A DNA stretch of 64,000 bases from a virus (Duplodnaviria > Caudoviricetes). Shown here piece by piece: positions 30,419-40,917 of the stretch; within the stretch, counting starts at the first letter, position 1, and each line of letters starts with the position of its first letter. The position numbers and the translations under genes were made by a program. The DNA lies in IMG/VR virus record IMGVR_UViG_3300049794_000047. One strand, written 5' to 3'. Under the pieces are notes generated by a model. That model was not told the DNA's origin. It ran no database searches and saw only the letters and a list, made by a program, of their open reading frames with translations.

Positions 30419-30973
30419 ATGAACCTTCAGCGCCTCATTGATTATATCCCGTCGACCGTACTCCGACGAGTCGCCGATCGTCCGACTTTCCTGGACGACA
30501 TCACCCGCTACGTCGCGATGGACGACAGCGACCTCCTTCATGCCACCGAGGGCTGTCTAAAGAACCTAAAGCGCCTTGACGATGACAGCCCCGGTCCAGA
30601 CAGCGACCTCCAGCTCATCCTCATACCTGAGATCTGGGAGCGGATCCGTCCGGGCACCAGAGATAAGCTCCGCCGTATCTCGTCCACCCTGGCAGAGTAC
30701 AGTCCCGATCCTGAGCGCCCGTCGATCTTCGCGCGACTGCTGGGACCAGAGACAATGGCGCGCCTGCGTGAGAGCGCTGACGCGTTACGCCAGCGCATCT
30801 TGCATGTGTCAAGCGTCGATGTCGAAACTCTCGTCGAGCAGGTGCGTTTTGCGATCGCGGGCTCTCGTGTAACCGACCGCTAGTCCCCGGCCGACTGCGT
30901 GTACGAGCCCGGGTTCGTCTACCGGCTGGTGCCCGTGGTCGCGTGCCGTGCATTATCCCGACAGGACCCTTAG
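30419..30973 (+). pseudogene. Hypothetical gene with a probable premature TAG at 30881
   Basis: The frame stays open 29 more codons, to a TAG at the MITE target site. Confidence 0.4.
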
Positions 30974-31058
30974 GGGCTGGACTTTATTAACTTGGTCATT
31001 TGCCCGATTTTCGGACGAAGATCCACCCGAAATGACCAGGTTATTTCGTTCCAGCCCC
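30973..31058 (-). mobile_element. 86-bp MITE copy 6 (type B)
   Basis: TIRs plus TTA duplication. Confidence 0.92.
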
Positions 31059-31108
31059 TTAGCGGGCCTTTGGCGCGCCAGAGCACACGGAACACAGCAT
31101 CTTCCTCT

Positions 31109-31542
31109 TCACTTCTTCACGTCGACTACGGCCCTCACGAGCTTCTCGAAGTGAGGGTTCGACAGCGCCCACGCGCCACGGGCACTCCGAAGACGGGTAA
31201 CGATCTCATCCGCTTCCATGCCGAAGACGTCGTGCATCGCGAGTGCCGCGATGAGCGCTGATCGATTGAGCCCCATCGCGCACGTCACGAGCACGCGCCG
31301 ACCAGCACGCAGACGACGGGCAACACGGCCGGCGGTCTTCACGGCAAGAGCGATCTCGTCCTCGCGCAGCTGCCGACTCGGATCATCGTCGAGCGGTGCG
31401 TGAAGCACCTCCGTGCCCGGAAACAGATCAGCGGGAGGCTGGTACTCCAGCGCTGCAAGAACGATTGCGTCAACGCAGCGTATCGTCCAGGCGCCGGCTT
31501 GGAGCCGACGAAGAGACCAGGCGCAACTTTGTTCTGTGACAT
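31109..31542 (-). pseudogene. Dual-specificity protein phosphatase, frameshifted
   Basis: VAPGLFVGS in one frame; VDAIVL..PLDD..VLVTCAMGLNRS (CX5R) in another; shift near 31477. Confidence 0.75.
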
Positions 31543-31810
31543 CAACAACATCTCCTGGGCTTCATGGCAACGGCATCTCCGTGACCCTGACCAGTGTAGT
31601 CCTGGAGAGCGCGTAGCGCCGCGTAGCGCCGCGTAGTCCGTGATCGAGATCTCCTCGTCAGTGAAGTTGTCGGGCGACCTCCCACAGCGCAAGCACGTCC
31701 GCGGGGACAGCAGCTGTCTACGCAGCATGCTTCGACCTGACGCGGAAGGACTGGTGGATTCCGGTGGCTGAATTCCCGAGGCGCTGATCACTCGAGGGCC
31801 AAGCAGGTGA

Positions 31811-31861
31811 AGGTAACGAAACGACAGCAGACATTCATTTCGTTGTCTAGGGTGTTAGGAT
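31811..31861 (+). promoter_or_regulatory. ACGAAA-N16-TTTCGT site plus extended -10 TGTTAGGAT
   Basis: Third member of the IR family; ATG at 31868. Confidence 0.5.
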
Positions 31862-32572
31862 GAACCTATGACCACCCACGAACATGCCTACGCCGAGGGA
31901 TCCGCTGCACAATGTGATCATTGCGGTGGTGGCGGTCGACGTTGGTATATTCCGCTAACGGACGAAACGCTGTGTCATTCGTGTTACGAGTGGCTGCTCG
32001 GTCGACTGAGCCCAGAGGAACAAACCTTTCTTCGTTCGACCAGCCCAGATTCCGCTAAGATCGCTAGTGCTCTGTGGCAAAAGCCGCAACTTAATAGTCC
32101 ATGGCGCAGATCGTCTCCGCACGATCCGCGGAGCTGAATCGCGGCGCCCGGCTTCCCTTCGACGTCACGCGCTTGCGCAAGCGCACGCAACACGCAACCA
32201 GCGGCCAGGGCTCCCGAAAAATAGTTCCCAGTGCTACAATTTTCCTCAAGATCATGACGCCCTTGATCATCTCGAACTGCCACGGCCGCCTGCTCGGCGT
32301 TCTCGAGCCTAGACCAGGCGGCTACGTCCTCTGGCTTTGCCTTCCCCCGGTAGGTGTCCTGCCTCCGGTAGGTGTCCTGCCTCGTGAGGCTCCTGACGTC
32401 TGGGACGTAACACCTGGCTGGAGCCCTGAATGGGAGGGAAGCCCTGGTCCCTACTGGGACACGTCCTTGGCGGGGGAGCCGTATGGCTGCCTCGGGACGC
32501 CCGTGGGGAGCTTCTTCGACGACATCGCCGACGCCGCCAAGAGCGTCTACGGCTCCGCAAAGAGGGCGGTTA

Positions 32573-32658
32573 GGGGCTGGACTTTATTAACTTGGTCATT
32601 TGAACGATTCCCCGACGAAGATCCACCAGAAATGACCAGGTTATTTCGTTCCAGCCCC
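32573..32658 (-). mobile_element. MITE copy 7 (type A) with mismatched flanks TTA/TAA
   Basis: Flanks are not a duplication. Confidence 0.9.
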
Positions 32659-32670
32659 TAAGAGGCTTTC

Positions 32671-33165
32671 ATGCGCATCTTCACGCTCTGGCACGAGGAT
32701 GATGACGATGGCGAAATGCCGTGGATCATCAACGCTGTGGATCAATACACTCTCGACTCCAACGGCGAGTTTCCACCGCCGTATCTCAAACACCGTGCCA
32801 ATATGCACGTGCGCGAACTGATCATCGACATCCCCGAGAACGCCGTGCGGGCGCTGTTCAGGGCTCCCAGCATCGCGGGCGCCGTCATCAAGGATGACCA
32901 GCGGACGGTGCACGAGATCCCCACCGCGCCCGCGTCCGACGAGATCCCCACCATGCCCGCGTCCGACAAGAGTCCCGAGCCTGTCGCTAAGGGGCTAGAC
33001 TTTATTAACTTGGTCATTTGCCCGATTTTCGGACGAAGATCCACCCGAAATGACCAGGTTATTTCGTTCCAGTCCCTAAACGCAAGTGTGTCGCCCGTTA
33101 CATTACCGGCCGAGATCTGCAAGGAACAACAGTGTTCGCCCTTTTCAAGTAGAATCGGCGCATGA
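32671..33165 (+). CDS. Hypothetical protein reading through MITE copy 8
   Basis: ORF track; contains MITE-derived GLDFINLVIC... Confidence 0.5.
   Translation: MRIFTLWHEDDDDGEMPWIINAVDQYTLDSNGEFPPPYLKHRANMHVRELIIDIPENAVRALFRAPSIAGAVIKDDQRTVHEIPTAPASDEIPTMPASDKSPEPVAKGLDFINLVICPIFGRRSTRNDQVISFQSLNASVSPVTLPAEICKEQQCSPFSSRIGA
32991..33076 (-). mobile_element. MITE copy 8 (type B, one substitution in each TIR)
   Basis: GGGGCTAG...CCAGTCCC, TAA duplication. Confidence 0.9.
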
Positions 33166-33674
33166 CCAGCCAAAAACGCCCGCTCATGGGACGTATCTTC
33201 CGCGCGTACAGGGCCTTTTTCGAACCGCTCCATCGAGGAATTCTGCCGTTGAGCAACGGCGACGTAAAGGTCATGCCGAGCCAGTTATGTTGCATCACTG
33301 GTCGCGTGCAGTCCGACGGCTTCTGGCCCGATCATCTGACGATCTCTAACGGATGCACCCCAGGCGGTGCGGCGGACTGGATCGTAAATGACATCAAGAT
33401 CGCCGGCAGATCGCAGTTCCTTCAGCCCGGCGACCTCCCAGGCGACATGTTCGCGACGAACGCGGCAGACTCGTTAATACGCTTCGAGGTTGCCAAAACG
33501 GCAATGGAGGTCGAGATCGTCGTGACGTACATCGGCACGAACGAGAAGGGCTGCCGGTTCGTCGGGGCGATCACGGGCATGGAGTACGATCCTGGCCTGC
33601 TCGACATCGTGCGCGAGGCAATCTCGCAGGCGCTCACATCGGCGTCTCGGGGTTTAAGCACCCGCCCGCACTAA
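33162..33674 (+). CDS. Beta-rich hypothetical protein, possibly jelly-roll/structural
   Basis: Alternating beta-strand pattern (WIVNDIKIAGRSQF, MEVEIVVTYIG); the fold is inferred. Confidence 0.5.
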   Translation: MTSQKRPLMGRIFRAYRAFFEPLHRGILPLSNGDVKVMPSQLCCITGRVQSDGFWPDHLTISNGCTPGGAADWIVNDIKIAGRSQFLQPGDLPGDMFATNAADSLIRFEVAKTAMEVEIVVTYIGTNEKGCRFVGAITGMEYDPGLLDIVREAISQALTSASRGLSTRPH

Positions 33675-33760
33675 GGGGCTGGACTTTATTAACTTGGACA
33701 TCTGAACGATTTTCCGACGAAGATCCCTCCGAAATGGCCAGGTTATTTCGTTCCAGCCCC
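33675..33760 (-). mobile_element. MITE copy 9 (divergent type C), inserted at a TAA stop codon
   Basis: TIRs plus TAA duplication. Confidence 0.9.
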
Positions 33761-33939
33761 TAAGCGCTGTGAAACTGCGACGGTGCACTTGATCGCATCA
33801 TAGACGCGCAATGCCGTACTCAGGCTCGTGAAGTGTGCCGGGACAGGGCACCCTTTCTGTCGTTCCCGACCTAGTCGGTCGAGATCGTGGGCTCGGCGCT
33901 GTCGGCTGCCGCGCGCCTTGTGGATCTACGCCCGATCAA

Positions 33940-34071
33940 CTGCCGACATGTCCTACTCGACGACCGTCCCGCATCGGGGCCATGAGTCCGGTGGGATCCA
34001 GACAGATCCGTCCGGAAGACGCGCCTACCAGATCTTCTCCGCGATCGTCATCACCGCCGCCGTACCTCGTC
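33940..34071 (-). pseudogene. Relic paralog of gene 26355
   Basis: MTIAEKIW*ARLPDGSVWIPPDS versus NEKIWQVLLPDGSAWVPADS. Confidence 0.55.
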
Positions 34072-34230
34072 ACGCTTCTTCCAGGTCTCGTGAAGGTGCG
34101 GCTGACGACCGAACTTCCGCGCTTTATGCAATAGGTCAATAGGTCGTCACCGTGTGGTGACGATCAGATCCGAAGCTTCTCGTAGGCTTGACAGTTTTCC
34201 GCCCCTTGTGCTATGCAACGCACATCCGAC

Positions 34231-34419
34231 ATGGGCGCAACGAAAGCAAGCGACGCCAAAGGGCGCACCAAGAAGCACCGCAAGGCGCACAAGCTTGTGC
34301 AGGCCTGGGTGAGCCACGAGCTGCGAAAAGCCCTCGACGCGAAAGCCAAGAGCGAGGATCGCACGCTCGCGAACTATGTGCGCCGCGAGCTTGGCAAGCT
34401 CGTCGGGATCACGGCGTAA
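34231..34419 (+). CDS. Ribbon-helix-helix (Arc/CopG-like) regulator
   Basis: LVQAWVSHELRKALDAKAKSEDRTLANYVRREL; TTGACA at 34188. Confidence 0.7.
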   Translation: MGATKASDAKGRTKKHRKAHKLVQAWVSHELRKALDAKAKSEDRTLANYVRRELGKLVGITA

Positions 34420-34543
34420 TCCGCGTACACGCGATGTGCGAAACCTAAGTGACACCCTATATCGAAGACTTGCTTGCCAAGACGCGCTGGCAACAAGCGA
34501 TCAACAAGCGATCAACAAGCGCGGTTACGAAGGAAGGTTACCC

Positions 34544-37285
34544 GTGGCATCTGAGCGTCTTACAGAGGCACTTCGTACGGAACTCCGCGCGATTCTCGAC
34601 AACGACGGCAAGCCGTTCGACCTTCAGGTCGCACGGTACGTGTACGACTTCGCGATCGCTGCGAAGGACCTGCTCACGGTGTCCGTGAAGAGCGTCGAAG
34701 ACGTGATGCGGGTGATCGCGGACAACAACGGCGCGATCGAGTCCTTGACCGGACCCAACGACCCGCAGCCACCCGAGCTTGTCAGCGAGACGTTCGGGGC
34801 GCGCATGCTGCGCGAGCTTCTCGCAACGCTGCCGGCGATCCTCCGCAAGAGCCAAGAAGATCCCCTTGCAGTCGTTGCCGCGATCGCCGATGCCCGCGCA
34901 CGGGGGCTGCTCGACCTGGCGGCCAAGCTCGAGCAGAAGCTGATCGGCACGTCGCTCGAGCCGCCGAAGATCACGAGGGCCGAGGTCGTGGAGGATAGCT
35001 ACGAGCACGGCTTCCTGGACGGATCGATGCAGGACAACTTCGAGCGCGGGACCGTTGACGGCCACCTGGCCCGCGACCGGCAGCATGCGTCGCCGGCCTA
35101 CCGGCTGGGCTTCGAGGCCGGCCACGCGCGTCGCCTGCACACGAGCGAGGCTCCGGCGCTGCCGGAGGTCGTACTGCCCGTGCTGCCCGCGCTGCCCGTG
35201 CTGTCCGCGCTGTCTGCGCTGCCCGCGCTGCCGGACGCCTCGGAGTCGAACAGCGTGCCGAGCGGAGTCGAGGCGTGAGGGCGTGGTACGTACCGTCCTG
35301 GAACGGCGACTTCCGCCTCACGCCCGGGGACGACGACTCGACGTCCAAGCTCCTCATCATGGGGCCGACGCCGCACGAGGTACAACTCCTCGCGGCGTTC
35401 ATGGCGACGGCGCGCAAGAGGAAGTGGACGAAGGAGCCACTGGCCAAGGACGAGACGATCGACACGCGAACGATCGTCCTCGGCGCTTCGCTTACGAAGG
35501 TTGGCCCGGTGCTCGTCAAGATCACGAAGCCCGCCGATCGCACGCTGACGGCGGTTTCGTTCAAGAACGGCCAGCTTGAGGTCGCCGAGACGGGAGTGAT
35601 CGAGACGGTCATCGCGAAGGCCGAAGGCGACTCGGAGGCGAAGGCGGTAAGCGTCGCCCGGCCGACGCCATGCTGCCCGTCGTGCGTGCCAGGATCCGTC
35701 GCGGCTGCCAGCGACGTATTGCTGTCGTTTCTGAACGAGCAAGAGCACGCGGACTGGGCGAAGCACCGCGCAATCATGGTGACGGGCGGCCGGTCAGGAC
35801 ACCGCTACCTGGTCGCGCACCGCCACTCGCGGACAGCAGTGCTCAACCGCAAGATCTGCTATGACGTCGACGACCGCTGCGTGCTGCATTTCCACGACTG
35901 GACGGTACCGCCCGAAGAGGAGGTCCTTGCAACGAAGCTCATCCTCGAGCATCGTGAAGCATGGCTGCGCAACGAGGCGACCGTCTTGCAGCAAGATAGC
36001 AAGGGCGCCTGGCACGATCTCGGCGTCATGCGCTACAAGAACCCGTTCGGCGACGCGAGCGACGGGCGTGCCGACGCTGCGCTAACGGTGGCGTTCGGCG
36101 AGGTCCTGACGGCGGTCCTCCGCGGAGGAGGCGCCGCCGCATGAAACCCAAAGCTAAGAAGCTTCCCCAGCACACGGAATCTGTGGACATCGGGCCTATC
36201 GCTGAGTACCACGAGCGAAAAATAGCGGAAGCCCGGGAGGCCAAGACCAAGAAACTGCCTCAGCCCGCGGAACCTATGGACATCGGGCCCAAGAAACTGC
36301 CTCAGCCCGCGGAACCTATGGACATCGGGCCCATCGTTGGGTACTCCGAGAGCGTAAGAGCGACGAGACCGTGGCCGAATTACTTGAGGGGTGCGATCGA
36401 AGCGCGCAACTGCCGCCACTGTGGTGCACTGAAGGGACGTTTGTGTATTGATCCGCGTGCGATGGCTGTATTTGTGACCGTCAACTTTGACGACGCCACA
36501 TGCGCCTTCTGTTACGAGCGCGTTTTCGACTATTTTGAAAGCCATCGTCCCGTGGTCCCCGAGGCAACACAATGAAGCACGCGATCCCCTTGCCCTACGG
36601 TGCGCTGGAGATCCAGCGCCTGACCGCCTTTATCGAAGCCGATGCCCCCGCCTCGGAGTTGGGGCGGGCGGTGCAGAGCCTCCTTTTGGCACATGACTTC
36701 GGCGCTTCCCTGATCGGTCCCGAGCGCGCGATCCTCAAAACGTACGCGAACGCGTGCGGGGCCACGTACGGGGACCCGGAGATCGGGAACGCGATTCACT
36801 CCCTCCTAGCGGTCGTGGACCGCGAGGGGGTCTGCCTGGACAAGGTCTCCGTGGCGAGAGAGCACGTCGTAGAAGGGTCTCGAGACGCGGTTCGCGTAGA
36901 TCTCCACGTCCTCCAGAAGTCCTGCACGGAGGCTATCGCGAATCGACCTCGCGATGGGTCGATTCCGCGGGTTGTAATCAGCGCGGACGTCCTAAGAGCC
37001 GTCGCTTCGTATGCTCGTGAACTGGCAATGGAGGTGGAGCGCGCACTCGTCGGGCGAGCTCTCTCATCAGAGCTCTTTGACCTCGTAGGCTTCGCCACGC
37101 GCGGACCTGTCGTCGACGGCCCCGGTGCGGCCGATGCGTGGGGCGAGGTAGTCCAGCCCTTCGCCGTAGAGGGCGCTCCGAGCAACGACGCAGCAGAGGC
37201 GCCGACGGCCCTTTCACCCACCGTCCTGGATCCGGACTCCGTGGATCCCGTGGACCCCGTGGATACGATCCTCGCGCCAGATTAG
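34544..37285 (+). other. Four coupled hypothetical genes (34544-35278, 35275-36144, 36141-36575, 36572-37285)
   Basis: GTGA/ATGA overlaps. Confidence 0.65.
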
Positions 37286-37336
37286 CGTCTCGTCCTCCTT
37301 CAGATACTCAAAGAGCGTGCCTACGGAAACGAGCTC

Positions 37337-38800
37337 GTGACGGCGATCCAATCAGGCCTCAACGCCCTTCTGGGAGGTGAGATCCAACCCAGTTGGCTCG
37401 AGGTGCTGGAGCGATTCCCCGCGATCGCTTGGAGGCCGCTCCCCGGCAGTGCAGTTCGGGCACTCCTCCGAGCACTGAACGTCGCGACGGGCAGAGCAGT
37501 GACTCCTTGGACAAAGGAACGCTACCAGTCACTCGACAGATGGTTCTGGACAGAAGCCGATTGGGCTTTCATCGGCAATGGTGTTCGCGACGCCCTCGCC
37601 AGAGCTCTGAATGCTGTCCGTGAGGGCGGTGAGCTGATCGACATCGCACGAGGGGTGTTGGAGCGCTGGCTCTCAGAACTTCCCGTCCCCGCCTCACGGC
37701 AGATCGCGGCAACAAACGTCCGCTCCCTGCTCGCGGCGATCCCGCAGCGATCAGACGCCGAGCGCCGCGCGCGCCTGTTCACGCCTTCTCGATTCAGCCG
37801 CGTCCGACCAGGTAGTGACCTCTGCGCGTTGTGCGGTCAAGGCGTTGGTCACCATTACTCGCTGCTGAGTGAACAGCGTTGTCGGCCAATCGATGCCGAC
37901 GTTCCAGCTGTCGATCTGCAGGCCGCCGCGACGCTCGGTCGGATTCCAGCGCTATTGCGCGTGGTGTTGTGGCGGATCGCAGCAGAGTCCTCAAGCCTGG
38001 CGAGCCTGGTGTGCGACATCAATGCTGCCGTCCGTAGACGAGATCCGCGCGTGTCCTTCCAAGAAGGCGGGTGCTTGATGAGCGCAAAGCCGTCCGGGAC
38101 ACGCATGGCCAAAGCGCCTGAGATCATGCGTGTCCCGGAGGTGGTGGCGCTGCTCGGCGTCGATCGGAAGACCGTCTACGACGCCGTCACGCGCAACGAG
38201 ATCCCGCACCGCTGGATCGGAGCCGGCAGAGGCGACGGCAGAGGCGGTGTAATCCTGTTCCTGCGTTCAGCGATCATGCGCTGGCTGTCCGGTATCGACG
38301 AATATCCACAGAGGAAGGTAGCCATGTTCGGCAACTACGTCACGAAGCGTGCCCAAGAGTTCGGCATTCCCGTCATAGAAGCGCGCGTTCCGGTTCACAT
38401 CACCGTGACCCCTCGGGACGTTGCGAGTGCGATGAAAAAATCCTCGAAGCAGTGCCCGCTCGCCCGCGCCTCCGCGCGTCTACCCGAAGTTCAGGCGGGG
38501 CACTTCTTCCGGACGACGGCCTACCTGGAGTATCGTGACAAAATGGTCCGCTACTCGCTGCCCACATCGATCCAGAAGGAAATCGTCTCGTTTGACCGGG
38601 CCCGGATGTTCGCCCCGGGGGCCTACCAGTTGTCGCCGACAGCAACACCAACCCGCCAGGCACGTGCGCTGCTGAAGGACAAGGCGGGGGCACGCAGAAA
38701 CATTAGGATCGGAGCGAAAGCTGGAAAGCGCCAGCCAACACGTAAGCCGGCGGTGGTCCATCGCACGCAGCACATTCGTCGCGTGGGCGCGAGCCAGTGA
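37337..38800 (+). CDS. Composite ORF containing an excisionase-type HTH (from 38078) and a third domain (from 38324)
   Basis: IMRVPEVVALLGVDRKTVYDAV..EIP; internal SD+ATG at 38311-38326. Confidence 0.6.
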   Translation: MTAIQSGLNALLGGEIQPSWLEVLERFPAIAWRPLPGSAVRALLRALNVATGRAVTPWTKERYQSLDRWFWTEADWAFIGNGVRDALARALNAVREGGELIDIARGVLERWLSELPVPASRQIAATNVRSLLAAIPQRSDAERRARLFTPSRFSRVRPGSDLCALCGQGVGHHYSLLSEQRCRPIDADVPAVDLQAAATLGRIPALLRVVLWRIAAESSSLASLVCDINAAVRRRDPRVSFQEGGCLMSAKPSGTRMAKAPEIMRVPEVVALLGVDRKTVYDAVTRNEIPHRWIGAGRGDGRGGVILFLRSAIMRWLSGIDEYPQRKVAMFGNYVTKRAQEFGIPVIEARVPVHITVTPRDVASAMKKSSKQCPLARASARLPEVQAGHFFRTTAYLEYRDKMVRYSLPTSIQKEIVSFDRARMFAPGAYQLSPTATPTRQARALLKDKAGARRNIRIGAKAGKRQPTRKPAVVHRTQHIRRVGASQ

Positions 38801-38824
38801 CCGCTGTACAGAAGGTGTTCCACC

Positions 38825-39478
38825 ATGAAAAGCTATCCATCCATTCCACGCGCTACAGGAATGGCGTTTCAGGAAATCCCGAACGCCTACGTCTTCAACA
38901 AGCTCGACGGATCGAATCTGCGCTACGAGTGGAGTCGCAAGCACAAGCAGTGGACGAAGTTTGGCACACGCACGAGGCTCTTCGACGAGAGTGACTGGCA
39001 GTTTGGGCGCGCGATCAAGATCTTCATGGACACGCTCGCGGAGCCCGTCGCGAAGGTTGCTTTCGATCAGCGCTGGGAGAGTGTCGTCGTGTTTACGGAG
39101 CATTGGGGGCCGAGCAGCTTCGCAGGCTGCCACCATGACTCACAGAACCAGCCTCTCGATCCAGATGACCAAATGCACGTCGACCTGATCGACGTCGCGC
39201 CGTATAAGCAAGGGATGCTCGGTCCCGCAGAGTACCTGAAGCTGTTCGAGGGGCTGCCCATGGCGCTGTGCCTCGCACGCCTTAACTGGACACGCGGTTT
39301 CGTCGAGCGCGTCTGGAACAGCGATGTCGAGGGCGTGACCTGCGAGGGCGCCGTGGGCAAAGCAGGTCACGGCAAGACACACGACATCGTCATGGCGAAG
39401 GCCAAGACGCGCGCGTGGGTTGACAAGGTGAAAGCGCGCTACACGACCGACGAGGCCGAGAAGCTGATCAACTCGTGA
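38825..39478 (+). CDS. RNA-ligase-like ATP-dependent nucleotidyltransferase
   Basis: YPSI, KLDGSN (motif I), FGTR, EGAV, KAK. Confidence 0.7.
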   Translation: MKSYPSIPRATGMAFQEIPNAYVFNKLDGSNLRYEWSRKHKQWTKFGTRTRLFDESDWQFGRAIKIFMDTLAEPVAKVAFDQRWESVVVFTEHWGPSSFAGCHHDSQNQPLDPDDQMHVDLIDVAPYKQGMLGPAEYLKLFEGLPMALCLARLNWTRGFVERVWNSDVEGVTCEGAVGKAGHGKTHDIVMAKAKTRAWVDKVKARYTTDEAEKLINS

Positions 39479-39569
39479 ATGAGTGCATCGAGACACGCAT
39501 TCACGGCGTTGGAGTATCGCCCGACCGGCGCTGCAAGAACGACAGTTGTGCCCGAGCACTGGACCCGCA

Positions 39570-40238
39570 ATGACCAGAGATCTATTGCTGCAACGAAGAC
39601 ACACTGGAGGATGGGCGATCAAACCGGAGCTTGCTGCTCGCTGCACACAGATTGCCGACACGGTCGTGCCAAAGTTCCGCGACGGGAAAAAGAGTTACTC
39701 TTGCACTGGAAGCGTGGCAAAACGTTGGCAGACCGCGTGGGACGCTGCGTGTATAGCACTTGGTTACGACCCCAAGGACAAGCATCGCCACCGAGAACGA
39801 GAGGCTCTACCTGTCGCTCACCGGAATCCCGACGACGCTCTTGAAGTGTCACCATCGGCGCTTCAAGAAAGCTCGACGGCACCTTCTGAAATGACGACCG
39901 CCCTCGCCTGGCAGCGCACCCTCAGCAGAGTGACCTTGCATCCAGCCTTTCCACTGAAGATCCAACTGGATGTGAAGCCTAAATCCCCCGACGAAATGGA
40001 CTTGACTTGCACGATCCTGACGACGGACGCGAGAATACCGCCCGAAATATGCAAGGAGCCCCCGTACGACCAACCGACAACCGGGGTCCGTCATCGCGTC
40101 AGCGTGCCAACTAGCACATCCAGCTACGAGCTCGTCAGCCGTGTCGTGAATCTGGTCCGACATGGGCTGCTGCACGAAGTCGACGAGTGTATACTCATCG
40201 ACGGCAGCCCGGCCAAAGATCCTCACAGCAACGACTAG
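39570..40238 (+). CDS. Chimeric hypothetical protein; N-terminal domain shared with 27977-28234
   Basis: CTQIAD.VVP..R...KSYSCTG.VAKRWQ.AWD.ACIALG.DPK occurs in both. Confidence 0.55.
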   Translation: MTRDLLLQRRHTGGWAIKPELAARCTQIADTVVPKFRDGKKSYSCTGSVAKRWQTAWDAACIALGYDPKDKHRHREREALPVAHRNPDDALEVSPSALQESSTAPSEMTTALAWQRTLSRVTLHPAFPLKIQLDVKPKSPDEMDLTCTILTTDARIPPEICKEPPYDQPTTGVRHRVSVPTSTSSYELVSRVVNLVRHGLLHEVDECILIDGSPAKDPHSND

Positions 40239-40242
40239 ACCC

Positions 40243-40917
40243 ATGCTGATTACCATCGAAAACCTGATCGACCAAGCAACAGTCACCCGCCTCCGCGATT
40301 GGCTCGCCACCGCAACCTTCGAAGATGGCCGTGTCACTGCGGGTGGCAATGCACGCCTGATCAAGCGCAACGAGCAGGTCAGCAGCGCCCCGGACCGCTG
40401 TGACCCCAGGCTCGAGGAGATGCAGGACCTCATCAAGGGACTATTGTGGAACCACGAACTATTCATGGTCGCGGCCCAGCCCAGCAAGATCAAGCCTCCG
40501 CTGTTCAGCCGCTACCTGCCTGGCATGAGCTACGGCACGCACATAGACAACGCGCTCATGGGCGCGATGCGCAGTGACCTGTCCCTCACGCTGTTCCTCT
40601 CTGACCCCGTCGACTACGAGGGCGGTGAACTGATCATTGATTTTTCAACGGGCGAACGCGCGTTCAAACTTCCGGCCGGTAGCGCGATCCTCTACGCGAC
40701 GACCGCACCGCACCGGGTCGCCGAAGTCTCGCGGGGGCAGCGCCTGGCAGCGGTCACCTGGATACGGAGCCTCGTGCGCGATCCCGCGGCCCGTGAGATC
40801 CTGCTTGATCTCAAGACAGCGCAACGCAGGCTGTCCGCGCAACTCGGCAAGACGCCCGAGATTGACCTCCTCGGCAAGACGTACACGAACCTGCTGCGGA
40901 GATGGATCGAGGACTAG
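40243..40917 (+). CDS. PKHD-type Fe(II)/2-oxoglutarate dioxygenase (YbiX/PiuC family)
   Basis: DGRVTAG, PPLFSRY, HID, RSDLSLTLFLSDP..YEGGEL, HRV..V..G.R, NLLRRW. Confidence 0.92.
   Translation: MLITIENLIDQATVTRLRDWLATATFEDGRVTAGGNARLIKRNEQVSSAPDRCDPRLEEMQDLIKGLLWNHELFMVAAQPSKIKPPLFSRYLPGMSYGTHIDNALMGAMRSDLSLTLFLSDPVDYEGGELIIDFSTGERAFKLPAGSAILYATTAPHRVAEVSRGQRLAAVTWIRSLVRDPAAREILLDLKTAQRRLSAQLGKTPEIDLLGKTYTNLLRRWIED

Noticed and set aside
30881-34030. TAG stop-codon reassignment suggested by two in-frame TAGs
   Set aside because: A well-recognised gene (PKHD dioxygenase, 40917) ends at TAG at the expected length, as do many other ORFs; the two cases fit pseudogenisation.
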